Source: a virus. Taken from it: 53,693 nucleotides of DNA. Each line of letters opens with the position of its first letter. Positions within the stretch are counted from its first letter, which is position 1. The stretch lies in UHGV virus genome UHGV-0129084; one strand, written 5' to 3'. The position numbers and the translations under genes are program-made. Below the pieces are notes generated by a model, which was given only the letters and a program-made list of their open reading frames with translations, had not been told where the DNA came from and searched no databases. Shown here one piece after another: positions 38,483-48,722 of the stretch.

Positions 38483-39260
38483 AATTCAGCACTGCCAGTA
38501 TTTATTACTCAACAGTGCCAATCGCGACGGTTTAGTTTCTGCCAGGAAACGCACCGCTACTTGCACTTTTCGTTAGTGCCAGACGCTTTCGACTTCGCTC
38601 AATAGTAGAAGGCAAAATCTTTAAGTAGATGATGTTTCTGAGGACAGCACCTACTTTGTAATTTATACAATGTGATGTATGGAATCATTTGTTGTGAAAA
38701 CAGGCACCAATGGCAACAGTGGTTAAACCTACACAACAATCCTGTCTTCACAACGTTGAGGCCACTACTCCGATTGAATGTTTGCCCAACATGTTACATA
38801 TCAACGCTCGCCGGTATCTCTGTGAATAGAACCTTAGAATTGATAAAAATGTAATGGCCTCAACGTTGTGTGCTGGCTAACCATACCAGCCGGGCTACGT
38901 CGCCGCTTTTTAACCCAGTATAAACGACATAATTGAACAAAATGACGTAACAGGATGGGCGGTCAGTGGCTAAGAATCCGGGAGTCATATGGAGTTGAAA
39001 ATATACCAACCGCCCATTCTGTTACTTCATCGGAGGGAACATTCATGTTCCCTCCTGCGTTCTGCAATCACACTCGCTCAGTGTGTCCCATTTCGGTAAC
39101 GAGGCTGGAAACTGACCTCGCTGGTGTTTGGCTTATTAGGCTACTGCCAGATAGACTTCTTCGTTTGCACTTGTATTTAAGTTCAAACAGTCGCGTCTCA
39201 ACGAAAACAAAGTCATCTTATACATAAAAGATAAGTAAGTAAATACTTATCATTGTATTT

Positions 39261-39551
39261 TTATTCGGTTGTGACTTTTTTGATCAAGGCCACTCTACGA
39301 CTAGGTGTTCTTGTGATGGTGGCAGTGAACCGTTTCGCTTGGATAGTAATGGTTTCGTTCTCCTTAAGTTGCCCGTAGCGAGTTTCCACCAGGGTGCCAA
39401 GACGCCACAGACCATCATCGATACGTTTATGACTAGCAAATTTTATCAGCAACAGTTTTACGACTAACTGACCTACGTAAAAGGCGAGTGCGACTCCGGC
39501 CGCTAAGAAATAGGTGGCCAACCACCAGTCCCAAGAAGTTAAATTGCTCAT
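39261..39551 (-). CDS. Membrane protein (96 aa, N-terminal transmembrane helix)
   Basis: WDWWLATYFLAAGVALAFYVGQLVV hydrophobic segment. Confidence 0.4.
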   Translation of the reverse strand: MSNLTSWDWWLATYFLAAGVALAFYVGQLVVKLLLIKFASHKRIDDGLWRLGTLVETRYGQLKENETITIQAKRFTATITRTPSRRVALIKKVTTE

Positions 39552-39696
39552 TTTCTAACCTTTGTTTCATGAACTACCCGATACACACGCTTTCCGATGC
39601 ACAGTGTTTTGGTTTTAAGTTCCTGCTTAATTAAATCACGACAGATGCCGAAGCCAATAAGGAAGCCACCCATAAAAGCTAATGAGATGTATGGAA

Positions 39697-39912
39697 TCAT
39701 TTTAACGCTCCTGATTCTACTAATTGCTGTAGCAATACTTTCCCTTTATCAGTTAACTGGTAGTTGGCCGAGCACCACGTTTCAGAAACGTTTGCAACCA
39801 ACCCTAAACGCTCTAACTTAGCTCGCGTTTTAGGCTTCCAGTACTCAGGGAACTCCGGCCACTTACTGATTTCATGAAGCGTTTCTTTCTCCCTTTTACT
39901 TAATACGATCAT
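39697..39912 (-). CDS. Hypothetical protein (71 aa)
   Basis: Start overlaps the ligase stop (ATGA). Confidence 0.4.
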   Translation of the reverse strand: MIVLSKREKETLHEISKWPEFPEYWKPKTRAKLERLGLVANVSETWCSANYQLTDKGKVLLQQLVESGALK

Positions 39913-41231
39913 TCTTTATCTCCGATTCGATCTTCGGTATCGCGTAAGCAACGCGGCCATTTCAGTCGTGGGTGGCGTAAGCTGCCGTCCGGTGTTTTCT
40001 CGTGACAATGAACCTCGACAATACGACCACGGTACTTCTCTTTGTTGTTCCAGATCTCATCCAGATATTTATGCTTAATGCCGCTCGCACGAACGATGAC
40101 GCCGTTTTCAAGACGAATAACAATTTTTCCAAGCGTGTTGGCAAAACCAGAGTCCGGATCGCCCGGCTCAAAATCGATAATTTCACCATCTTCTGAATCT
40201 TCGTCTTTTAACTTCCACCAGCTGCGGGTACGTTTAAACTCGTAAACAGAGTTCGGATCTTTGCCCATCTCCCCTTCTTCGTTATCGTCCAGGCGTTTCA
40301 TGAAGCGTTCGATGAAGTCTTCGTGGCTATGGATGATATAGAACGGATGCAGGTGAATGTCTTGTGTGTAGCCTTCACTGCGATCGTTTTTGAACAACGC
40401 CACCAGCATAGCCAGGCGCTCTTTCAGCTTCATACCTGTCTTTGCATACTCTTTGGATTTAGCCTGTGCTCGCCATTCCGGTAGGAAGAAGTCGAAAACA
40501 TGATAAATAGCGCCAATTGCCTGCACGTTCTTTTTGCGCAATGCAGATACGGACTGGTTAAATGAACCGGCAGTTCCTTCACCATCGAAGAAGATGTGTT
40601 TGTGGCCTGAAAGTTTGCCTAATTCGAGCATGGCTGGCTTTAGGTGATCGAGAGACGTGATTGGATTACCAGTACGAGAAAGGAAGTTAACCTCTTCCTC
40701 GTCAACAATAACCTCGCAAATTACTCGCAAACCATCGAGCTTAAGACTGCCAATCATCGGCCATTTTGCTTTAGGATTTGGCTTGAAGGGGTATTTGTCG
40801 CCCTTTTCTTTATACGGTGACGCCAGCTGCACCTCGAATTTCGGAATGGAATTTTCAAAAACCTTGTTGCATAGGCTAATCCCAACGCCAGCTTTCGGGT
40901 CTTTTAAGAGGAAACGACGGAACACGTCCTGCCCATCGGCGCACATTGACGCCACGATAGACTCAACAGCTGCTATTGCTGCGTTCCCCGTTAGCTCGCG
41001 AGAGGCCAGCTTATTCAGTACATCAATGGCTTTTTCGTCACTTGGGATGGACTCACTAAGCGGCTCTGCCACTTTGTATTTCTTTACCCCAAAACGGATG
41101 AAAGGGTTGAGCATCAATGAAACCATGCTTTGTTCAAAGTCATCCATGTTGGCCAATGCCTCTTTTTTTGCATTGGTTCCCATAGCTTTCATTTCGTCCA
41201 GCTTATGCTTAAGTGCGATCAACTTTTTCAT
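39909..41231 (-). CDS. ATP-dependent DNA ligase
   Basis: 440 aa; adenylation motif I SLKLDGLRV (KxDG), motif III-like FFDGEG, motif V-like WWKLKDE. Confidence 0.65.
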   Translation of the reverse strand: MKKLIALKHKLDEMKAMGTNAKKEALANMDDFEQSMVSLMLNPFIRFGVKKYKVAEPLSESIPSDEKAIDVLNKLASRELTGNAAIAAVESIVASMCADGQDVFRRFLLKDPKAGVGISLCNKVFENSIPKFEVQLASPYKEKGDKYPFKPNPKAKWPMIGSLKLDGLRVICEVIVDEEEVNFLSRTGNPITSLDHLKPAMLELGKLSGHKHIFFDGEGTAGSFNQSVSALRKKNVQAIGAIYHVFDFFLPEWRAQAKSKEYAKTGMKLKERLAMLVALFKNDRSEGYTQDIHLHPFYIIHSHEDFIERFMKRLDDNEEGEMGKDPNSVYEFKRTRSWWKLKDEDSEDGEIIDFEPGDPDSGFANTLGKIVIRLENGVIVRASGIKHKYLDEIWNNKEKYRGRIVEVHCHEKTPDGSLRHPRLKWPRCLRDTEDRIGDKE

Positions 41232-41710
41232 TGTTGTTTTACCTCCATATGTTGATCGATTTGCTCATGTGTTTCTTTTGTTGTTTCTTCAAGCAACGCC
41301 GCATACACGTCAGTGATCGCTGTTTGTGATGTGGTGCTCTTCTTAACCATGCTATTAATCGTTACACTGTCACGTTTTCGTTTTAAAGTTCTGGCTTGTT
41401 TATTCCGTTCTTCAACCTCCTTAATGAGCGCGGTCATATCTTCGAAATACAGAGATTCTCCTTTACGAATCTCTTCAACCATCATTTTTAACGCCTTGCA
41501 TTTGCCTGCTTTGATAGCGGTTGCGCACGACTGGAATGAAGTTCGAGGAAGACGGTTTTCTTTGAAGGCAAGAATGGTGTGCTGGCAAACGGAGTAGCTG
41601 CAATATGCCGACTCACCGTTTATCTTTACTTCCTCACAACGAAGTGAATAACCATTATTTCCTGAAATAGAGGGGATTTTTGACAAATCAGCTTTCACAA
41701 TTACCGCCAA
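41228..41710 (-). CDS. Hypothetical protein (160 aa)
   Basis: ORF begins with TTG in the track; Cys-containing N-terminus; no motif assigned. Confidence 0.35.
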   Translation of the reverse strand: MAVIVKADLSKIPSISGNNGYSLRCEEVKINGESAYCSYSVCQHTILAFKENRLPRTSFQSCATAIKAGKCKALKMMVEEIRKGESLYFEDMTALIKEVEERNKQARTLKRKRDSVTINSMVKKSTTSQTAITDVYAALLEETTKETHEQIDQHMEVKQQ

Positions 41711-41765
41711 AAATAATCTTGTGCTTACCTATCATTATTTGCGTAAAAAACGACACACTGAGAGC

Positions 41766-42548
41766 TTACCAACTTCCCCAGCTAATCATCTTGCGCTGAT
41801 CGCTTTCTAAGCGATAGGGGACAAGAAGCTCTGTGACATGATTGGTGGCGTATGATTTAGCCTCTTGCTCTATCATCGGTAATTCGTTAGCAATCCTGAC
41901 CATCTTCCCAGCAAACTCCGCCATTACGCCATCACATGCCTTCCCAGCATCAATAACGATATGCACCAGATCCAACTGGCTTTTGCACATGTCCCAAAGA
42001 GTCGAATATTCGCTCTCTCTGATTACATTTACGGCATCATTAGCCCCTTTATTAAGCAAGACTTCCAACAGGTTTGTCGGGGTAACGAAATCGGCTTTAA
42101 GTGACAATGTTCTCTCACCTTTTATCGACCGTAAGTACTCTTCGTAGTTTTGCTTGTCTTCCAGCAAAACTAAGCTATGCATAGTTAGAAGTGATTCCTG
42201 AATAGCCTCTTCAATAATACTGTCGTTTGGCGCACAAAAAACGGTATTTGTGTAGATCACTTTGCCATCCATCCATGCCCCAACCTGCACTTTAAGACTG
42301 ATCGGGTTTTCTTTGCTAATAAAAACAACTAATGCAGAACGCCGTGCACAAGAAGGTTCACCCCATACGTGTAACTTAACCTTCAGATAAGGTAGCCCCG
42401 GTAGCGGGATCTCGACCAAACGAGTGGCGATATGATCCATTGCTGTTTTTACGGCTTTTTCAATGATGTCTAGCCGATTGCACTCGCTGATTTCTAAACC
42501 AGTTTTATCAATGATGTCGCAGGCTAATTTCTGAATTTCGTCTTTCAT
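41766..42548 (-). CDS. Hypothetical protein (260 aa)
   Basis: Between ligase and primase; could be a replisome accessory factor but no motif recognised. Confidence 0.4.
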   Translation of the reverse strand: MKDEIQKLACDIIDKTGLEISECNRLDIIEKAVKTAMDHIATRLVEIPLPGLPYLKVKLHVWGEPSCARRSALVVFISKENPISLKVQVGAWMDGKVIYTNTVFCAPNDSIIEEAIQESLLTMHSLVLLEDKQNYEEYLRSIKGERTLSLKADFVTPTNLLEVLLNKGANDAVNVIRESEYSTLWDMCKSQLDLVHIVIDAGKACDGVMAEFAGKMVRIANELPMIEQEAKSYATNHVTELLVPYRLESDQRKMISWGSW

Positions 42549-42623
42549 ACCAACTCCTAGCTAACAGATGAAAGTATTCTCACAGAAAGATAAGTAATCA
42601 TCTACTTATTTTAGCGGCACTTG

Positions 42624-43805
42624 TTACGATAGCGCCTTAATGCCCAAAACCTTGCTTTGCAACTCCAACTGTTTGGTATACGGTTTTGCCCGATAATAGG
42701 CTTTGATAATTTGTTCTGGCGTTGCATCGCCTGGGTCGAGTCCTTCTTCGCCCAAACATGCTACTTTGACATTAAGACCAATACTGGTCAGTCGCCTGGC
42801 TGCGGCCATAGTGTTGCGTATAGCTTGCTTTTCACTATCCCACATCATGATCACATTACGTAATCCACGCGCCTTGAGCGTCAGGAACGCGCCCAACTGA
42901 TCTTCTGCATCCTGAGTGGTGTTACCAGATAGATGCATCCCGAACGTTCCTATTGGTTCCACGTAATCACGTAATGTTTCTTCGTCAAAAATAGCTCGTT
43001 TAACCCCCATAACATCGAACGCCCCCTCACAGACAACTACAGTCTGTTTGCCGACTGCATTATGGCCGTTGTAGAGAAATTTACCTGAAGCTGGAAGTTG
43101 CATAGGAAAGAGGTAGCGGCGTTCTGCTGTACCGGTAATGTCTCGTCCCTGAAATGTCTTCATTACCCCATCCAGATCGTAAACCGGTATCAGTATTCGC
43201 ATATCGAATATCTGTCCTTTAACCTGATCTGTATACGGATCTACATAGGCGTGCTTGCCTTCGACGCAGTATCGTAGGTCAAAATACTTTGCCATTTCAG
43301 GCGATATGTTTCGTTCAACCAGATAGTCTGGAAGACGGCCATCTATAGGAAGCTCGTAATGACGAGGGAGTGCAACTGGCCCCTCTAACTCGACTGTGCT
43401 TGCAAGCACTAGCTCTTCTTTCTTTGGTGCCCACCCCTGGGAAAGAAGGGCGTTCTGCACATATTCCTCGAACTGTCGTCGTGATTTGCCGCTGTAGTGC
43501 TTGAGGAAGACCAGCTTATTGAACTGAATCTCTTCGGGATGATCACCAGCGAAGCATTTACCGACGCCACTGGTCAGATTGAAATATACCTTCCAGTTGG
43601 AGCTGCCACATACCGGACACTCCTTGATATTCACTTCACGACCGCGAGTACTCACGCCTCCACGTCGATAAACGATACCTTCAGTATCCAACCATTGTTC
43701 AAAATCTAATTCGGTAATTAGCTCTTTCAGCTCGCTCACGATAATTCCACTTTTAACAGGCAATATTGTGACCAACCTAAATGTTGATATAACATAAAGG
43801 CTCAT
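42624..43805 (-). CDS. DnaG-like DNA primase
   Basis: Zinc ribbon CPVCGSSNWKVYFNLTSGVGKCF; TOPRIM segments VVVCEGAFDVMGV and IMMWDSEKQA; ORF track starts at GTG 43877, but ATG at 43805 has the conserved AAAAGAAAAACACATG initiation region, so that start is preferred. Confidence 0.7.
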   Translation of the reverse strand: MSLYVISTFRLVTILPVKSGIIVSELKELITELDFEQWLDTEGIVYRRGGVSTRGREVNIKECPVCGSSNWKVYFNLTSGVGKCFAGDHPEEIQFNKLVFLKHYSGKSRRQFEEYVQNALLSQGWAPKKEELVLASTVELEGPVALPRHYELPIDGRLPDYLVERNISPEMAKYFDLRYCVEGKHAYVDPYTDQVKGQIFDMRILIPVYDLDGVMKTFQGRDITGTAERRYLFPMQLPASGKFLYNGHNAVGKQTVVVCEGAFDVMGVKRAIFDEETLRDYVEPIGTFGMHLSGNTTQDAEDQLGAFLTLKARGLRNVIMMWDSEKQAIRNTMAAARRLTSIGLNVKVACLGEEGLDPGDATPEQIIKAYYRAKPYTKQLELQSKVLGIKALS

Positions 43806-43886
43806 GTGTTTTTCTTTTGTGGTTTGGCAAAAGAAAAGTTGTTTCACCAATGAATCAAGCGTGGAGGTGTTCTCCACGCTTATTTT

Positions 43887-45227
43887 TTAGGTAACGTCTA
43901 AGATTCGCTCAATGAAGCGCATTTGTTCGAGGTTTTGTTTAACGCGAATGCTGATCCCTCCCTGCTGGTTACGTGAACCAGCAAAGTAGAGACGAGCCTC
44001 TCCTTTCGCTTCTTCTTCTTCGGTTTTGTTGATCGTTATTACCAGGTCAGCAATACGTACTTTTTCGATGTTGTCGGCAGCGTGCATCATTGTGGCAACT
44101 TCTGACGCGCCACCTTCACGGTTTGTCTGCGATGCCGTGATCCCAGCAACGTTATGCTTGTCATAAAGAGCACGTAAATCGGTGTAGATACTACGAATGT
44201 TGGCGCGATCATCACGAAGGTCATAACTGGCACGCATCAAATCTGCGTAGTCGACAACAACCATGTCAGGCACCATGCCATTGGCTTTCATACTGTTAAG
44301 CATACGGTCCAGATCTGCCGGTGACATACTTCCTGACGGACGCTCAACAACCCACAAACTACCAATCCCCTTCGTGGCTCCCAACTCTGCCAACTTACGA
44401 TGAACCTCATCGCGCCGTTCCACCAGCTTGGACATTTCCGTCTCCGACAATCTTGCATCAAAACGGTCGGATAAAATGGTGGTGTGAACCTCCAGCGAGA
44501 GATACAGAACATTGTAGCCAGCAAGCGTTGCGTTTATGGAAAACTCACCCATTGCGGTCGATTTACCGGATTTAGCGAACCCCATGAAGAGCACCATTTC
44601 GCGCTTTGCCCAGCCTTTTTGGTACAGCAACCTATCGAGAAGAGGGAGTCCAGTTGTAATACTGTTTGGTACATACTCCTCTGAAGCCTCATATTCACGC
44701 GCTTTCAATCGCTCACTTGCGGAGGTGTAGTAGTCATAGATTCCGGTCGCTTCGTTCGATCCAATCTGCTGAACCTTGGCCATGATTGCCATCGCCCCCT
44801 GAAAGTCGCCTTTCTCTTTCAGTTCAGCAGCCTTAATCAGAGCATCATCAAACGCTACACTTTTTGCGAAGGTTGATACCTGGTCAACCATGTACGAGGT
44901 ATCAGACAATTTTTCTGCAAGGATGCGCTTAAACGCAGCAACAACATCGGCGAATAGTTCCTCACGGATAGTCTTATCGCGTTTCGCACGCTTAAGCATA
45001 TCCAGAATCGCAGATGAAGAGGGCGCGCTCTTGTACATACGGTAATAGCCCGAAACCATATTAACCAATATGGCATTGGCCGCATTGGCAAATTGGCCAG
45101 GTACAACCAGATCTCCAGCACGAGTAAGAAACTCGTGATCACGACAAAAATATGCCGTCAGTCTGTTCTGGAAATCTTCATCAAACTCTTCGGACAGCCC
45201 GCGTCCTGTATGGCAAAGTTCGGTCAT
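43887..45227 (-). CDS. DnaB-like replicative helicase
   Basis: 446 aa; C-terminal RecA-like domain with Walker A GFAKSGKST and Walker B-like VVVDYADLM. Confidence 0.75.
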   Translation of the reverse strand: MTELCHTGRGLSEEFDEDFQNRLTAYFCRDHEFLTRAGDLVVPGQFANAANAILVNMVSGYYRMYKSAPSSSAILDMLKRAKRDKTIREELFADVVAAFKRILAEKLSDTSYMVDQVSTFAKSVAFDDALIKAAELKEKGDFQGAMAIMAKVQQIGSNEATGIYDYYTSASERLKAREYEASEEYVPNSITTGLPLLDRLLYQKGWAKREMVLFMGFAKSGKSTAMGEFSINATLAGYNVLYLSLEVHTTILSDRFDARLSETEMSKLVERRDEVHRKLAELGATKGIGSLWVVERPSGSMSPADLDRMLNSMKANGMVPDMVVVDYADLMRASYDLRDDRANIRSIYTDLRALYDKHNVAGITASQTNREGGASEVATMMHAADNIEKVRIADLVITINKTEEEEAKGEARLYFAGSRNQQGGISIRVKQNLEQMRFIERILDVT

Positions 45228-45270
45228 GTGCTTTCCTTTGTTTTTTAAACAAATTGTTTTCTAGTATTAG

Positions 45271-46020
45271 TTAATTAGATAGGGGATCAATAAACCGCCG
45301 TGCTTCTTCCAGTTCTTCTGGAAAGTGGGCGGAAATAAGGCGCTCTGGAACGATTTCCATTAACCAGATAGCGGAGAAAATTGCGCGTATGCGCTTGCTG
45401 CGGGGGATGGTGCGTAAACGCTCCAGAATCCACCCAAAATAGCTTTCCTGAATCGGGTTGAACTGCATGTCTCCCATATGCTTAAAGCTAACGAGAGAGT
45501 CATCCAGACGGGTTGTTGCGCGTCTGGCTAATTTCTCTTCGAATATCTCAATCAGCTCTGGCTGCCATAAATGCTGTGGGCGCGGCAGCTTGTCCCACAG
45601 CCGTCGTGCAGCTGCGGAAAGAACGGTGGAGATAAAGTAGTCGTATGAGCAGCAATAGCGATCCGCAAACTGGCGTGCTTTCCATAGCGACGTTTTGTTG
45701 GCAGTCGACAACTCCTGATAAGGCAGACGTTTTAACCCGGTGGTGAACGGAGCTGTTTCAAAGTGTTCGCGACCGTGCGTCAGCATGATATTTGAGTACT
45801 GACGTTTGTATGCCTCCGTAAAAAGACAGGTGGCCATGAGAGGATGCATGTCGCGGTAATCAAACCACTTCGTCTCGAAGAGTTCAGCCTCGTCTTTACA
45901 GCGCGACAAACCAATGTTTTCAGCAACCCACTTGTCCATAACAGCGGTATTCCACTCTGTCATGAAGTCGTACTGGTTGTTGTCGATGGTATCGAAAAAG
46001 ATTTGGCTCATGTGGCTCAC
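45271..46020 (-). CDS. Hypothetical protein (249 aa)
   Basis: First gene of the helicase-primase run; no P-loop, so not a DnaC-type loader. Confidence 0.4.
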   Translation of the reverse strand: MSHMSQIFFDTIDNNQYDFMTEWNTAVMDKWVAENIGLSRCKDEAELFETKWFDYRDMHPLMATCLFTEAYKRQYSNIMLTHGREHFETAPFTTGLKRLPYQELSTANKTSLWKARQFADRYCCSYDYFISTVLSAAARRLWDKLPRPQHLWQPELIEIFEEKLARRATTRLDDSLVSFKHMGDMQFNPIQESYFGWILERLRTIPRSKRIRAIFSAIWLMEIVPERLISAHFPEELEEARRFIDPLSN

Positions 46021-46127
46021 CTGGTAGGTTGTTACTTACTTATCACGATGAGCGGATGATAGCGACTGGTGGCAGTTTTTGGAAGTGTAAACGGAAGGGA
46101 ATGTATCTGGGAAGTCAGCAGAGAAAA

Positions 46128-46185
46128 GACCTGCTTCCGTATAAATAATAATAAGTAACTTAATATTTATATACAGAAGCAGGTC
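46128..46185. repeat. Inverted-repeat element (16-bp arms, 26-bp AT-rich spacer), copy 2
   Basis: GACCTGCTTCCGTATA ... TATACAGAAGCAGGTC; shares core and the same single arm mismatch with the element at 1624-1680. Confidence 0.6.
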
Positions 46186-46383
46186 AAAAACCAACCCAAC
46201 CTAGTTTTTAGTCTCATGGTAGGCAACCTTAAGATCTACTTCAAAACAGCTGCACGCCAGACGGTTGCAACATTGTTAAGTGTAACAAATTATTGTAGAT
46301 TACTCAGACACAGAATAGCGTCTACAACTTAAGAAACGTCCAGAAATAAACAATGTACCAATCACGTAGAAAGGGAATTAAGA

Positions 46384-47061
46384 ATGAAGGCGAATAAGTC
46401 AGCGGCACTTTTAGTTTTATTATTAGCCGGTTGCGCGCAACAAAGTAACCCACAACAAAATGCCACTGTAAAACCAATCCTAACCCAAGAAATATTGCCT
46501 TCCTCTAACGTAGAGTCAAAGGCGAAAATGGGTGACCTTGTCGTTTATAACACGTTTGTGTCCACGTTAAAAACCGACATGGTCACTCTTGGTAACGCTT
46601 CTGGTTCGATGTCTGAGATTAAAGCGGGCAACTACTGCCACGTTGGTGGTGGGGTCTACCGGAACTTTGAAGACTCAAAAGCTGTTGGCCTGAAGGCCAT
46701 TACAGGGCAGGTAGTGAGCCACACTGATAACGTCAAGTATGACAAGGTCAAAAACACTATATCTCCTCCCAACACTACGACGTTCGACGCCTCTGAAATA
46801 TCCATAAAATTCGCACAAAATGTCCCCTGCCATGTAGAGAAAAAGATTGTTCAGTCTATTTCTTATAATGGCAAAAGTGGCGACGACCTTAAATTTATTT
46901 ATTCCGAAAGCTACCCAAGTTTAGATGAAACTAAGACTGAGTTTTCAGTGCCTCTTTCCGATGCAAAAACCAAAGTCGAATATAAAAACCTGGCATTCAA
47001 GGTTATTGAAATGGAGGGTACTACAATCCGCTACTATGTATTACCATCTGGCAATAAATAA
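46384..47061 (+). CDS. Lipoprotein (225 aa)
   Basis: Signal peptide with lipobox MKANKSAALLVLLLAGC; plus-strand gene in a minus-strand context; AAGGGA RBS upstream. Confidence 0.6.
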   Translation: MKANKSAALLVLLLAGCAQQSNPQQNATVKPILTQEILPSSNVESKAKMGDLVVYNTFVSTLKTDMVTLGNASGSMSEIKAGNYCHVGGGVYRNFEDSKAVGLKAITGQVVSHTDNVKYDKVKNTISPPNTTTFDASEISIKFAQNVPCHVEKKIVQSISYNGKSGDDLKFIYSESYPSLDETKTEFSVPLSDAKTKVEYKNLAFKVIEMEGTTIRYYVLPSGNK

Positions 47062-47076
47062 ACTGCTTTAAAATAT

Positions 47077-47094
47077 AGGCGCCATCTGGCGCCT
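47077..47094. terminator. Bidirectional rho-independent terminator between convergent genes
   Basis: AGGCGCC-ATCT-GGCGCCT hairpin flanked by A/T runs on both sides. Confidence 0.6.
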
Positions 47095-47099
47095 TATTC

Positions 47100-47459
47100 T
47101 TAACTCTTCTTCATTAACTCGCGTTTAATTTCATCGGTACGCATCGTGACATCGGCAGCAGTGATCGCCTCGTTCAGCTTCACGATGTCCTCGATTTCCT
47201 GCGGTGTCTTCTCCGCAAGATGGAAAATAGCAGCACGAATCACGTCAGAACGAGTGAACTTCTCGAAGCGAGGGATGAACTTCATCATCTCCAGCAGTTC
47301 GAAGTATTCGTCCTCCAGTGACATTGTGCGGCTTTTAATTTTCTCTTTGCCACGAGTCGGGCGTCCCTGTGGTCTGACTGGTTGGCGCAAAGGAGTTGTG
47401 TTCTTAGCCGGTGCATCAGGCTCTTTGCGCTTTGCTAGGTCACCCATTTTCATGGACAT
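47100..47459 (-). CDS. Small partition protein (ParB/ParG-like adaptor)
   Basis: 119 aa; basic N-terminal tail, predicted ribbon-helix-helix-like C-terminal region; start overlaps the parA stop. Confidence 0.45.
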   Translation of the reverse strand: MSMKMGDLAKRKEPDAPAKNTTPLRQPVRPQGRPTRGKEKIKSRTMSLEDEYFELLEMMKFIPRFEKFTRSDVIRAAIFHLAEKTPQEIEDIVKLNEAITAADVTMRTDEIKRELMKKS

Positions 47460-48127
47460 TATTCTTCTTCCTCCAGACTCAACAGATAATCTACAAATTC
47501 TTCAAACTCGGCTTCCGCCTTTTTGTCGCGCTCGCTACCGGTCATTTCAAAGATAGAGCGACCAGACTCTTCCGCATCATCATAGACGTTGCGGTTATAT
47601 AGATTGACTGGCGCAGACTCGATTCCAAACGTCTCAACAATCTCTTTAGCCGCCAGAATGCGAGACACTTGTGATGGCAAAGCCGGGCACTGGTTCATGA
47701 CCGCGCGGACCTTCACTTTATCGTTTACATTGCGAACATTGTCGATAATAGGATCGATGTCACGTAAAGATTTCAAATCACGACGCTTAGGACGCAGCGG
47801 GATAATGATAACGTCAGCCATCAGCATCGCTTGTCGCTGAATTTCGGAGTCGAAGCCACCAGCATCTACCACTACAAACTCAGCTCTACCCTGAAGCGAT
47901 TTTAGGTGCTTAATGATGTCATCCTGAACGTATGCAAAAGGAATCAGCTCAAGGTCTTCGTTCTGTCGACGGTCTTCACACCAGCTCGTTGTCGTGCGCT
48001 GAATATCTATATCGGTAATATAAACCTTCTTCTTCTTTTTGACTTTCAGGCAAACGGCAATTTGCTGGGCAACGGTGGATTTGCCAGGCCCGCCCTTTGT
48101 GCCGCCAACCACAAAGATCTTGGTCAT
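47459..48127 (-). CDS. parA: ParA-type partition ATPase (small type Ib)
   Basis: 222 aa; deviant Walker A GGTKGGPGKST. Confidence 0.8.
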   Translation of the reverse strand: MTKIFVVGGTKGGPGKSTVAQQIAVCLKVKKKKKVYITDIDIQRTTTSWCEDRRQNEDLELIPFAYVQDDIIKHLKSLQGRAEFVVVDAGGFDSEIQRQAMLMADVIIIPLRPKRRDLKSLRDIDPIIDNVRNVNDKVKVRAVMNQCPALPSQVSRILAAKEIVETFGIESAPVNLYNRNVYDDAEESGRSIFEMTGSERDKKAEAEFEEFVDYLLSLEEEE

Positions 48128-48445
48128 TGGAGAGTTCCCTTTGCGTATATAATTATCGTCTGAAACAACTTGTTTTCTTATATGTGATATAGCCTAAATG
48201 CCTACGGCTGCGGTGTAAAGGTTAAATGGTAGGTTGTGATTAACAATTGGCAAACATAGCTTGTATTTGTCTGTTGAAAAAAGTAACAATGACATCTATA
48301 TTACAAGTACGGTGATATGCCGTACACAATTTGATAATGCACACGTAATGGGCTATAGCCTTTTAAAGTAATTTTTGAGTCGAAAACTCAGTTTGAACAG
48401 AGGAGATTGATGGCCTTCCTACATCACGGCCATCAGGAGGAATAC

Positions 48446-48715
48446 ATGTCAGCACTAAAAAAGCAGCGCATCGATTTGAGATTAACCGATGACGATAAAA
48501 GCATCATCGAGGAAGCTGCCGCAATGTCTAACCAGAGCATTACTCAGTTTATGGTTAGCAGTGCATCTGAACGTGCCGTGAAAGTTATAGAGCAACACCG
48601 TAGACTAGTTCTGAATGAAGAATCCTGGAATCTGGTTATGGACGCTATAAGCAATCCTCCGGCACCGAACGACAAGCTGAAACGAGCTGCTGATCGTCTG
48701 AAAAGCATGGAGTAG
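48446..48715 (+). CDS. Antitoxin, DUF1778/TacA-like (ribbon-helix-helix)
   Basis: MSALKKQRIDLRLTDDDKSIIEEAAAMSNQSITQFMV; start chosen at ATG 48446 with AGGAGG RBS; directly upstream of the GNAT gene. Confidence 0.65.
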   Translation: MSALKKQRIDLRLTDDDKSIIEEAAAMSNQSITQFMVSSASERAVKVIEQHRRLVLNEESWNLVMDAISNPPAPNDKLKRAADRLKSME

Positions 48716-48722
48716 TTTACTC

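Noticed and set aside
38483-39260. ORFs 38672-38854, 38955-39227 and others in the region upstream of the tRNA cluster
   Set aside because: No RBS; translations are low complexity; the region is full of palindromes (e.g. GGAGGGAACAT-TC-ATGTTCCCTCC near 39033-39058) and the recurrent ATGTATGGAATCATTT motif, more consistent with promoter/regulatory or RNA sequence.
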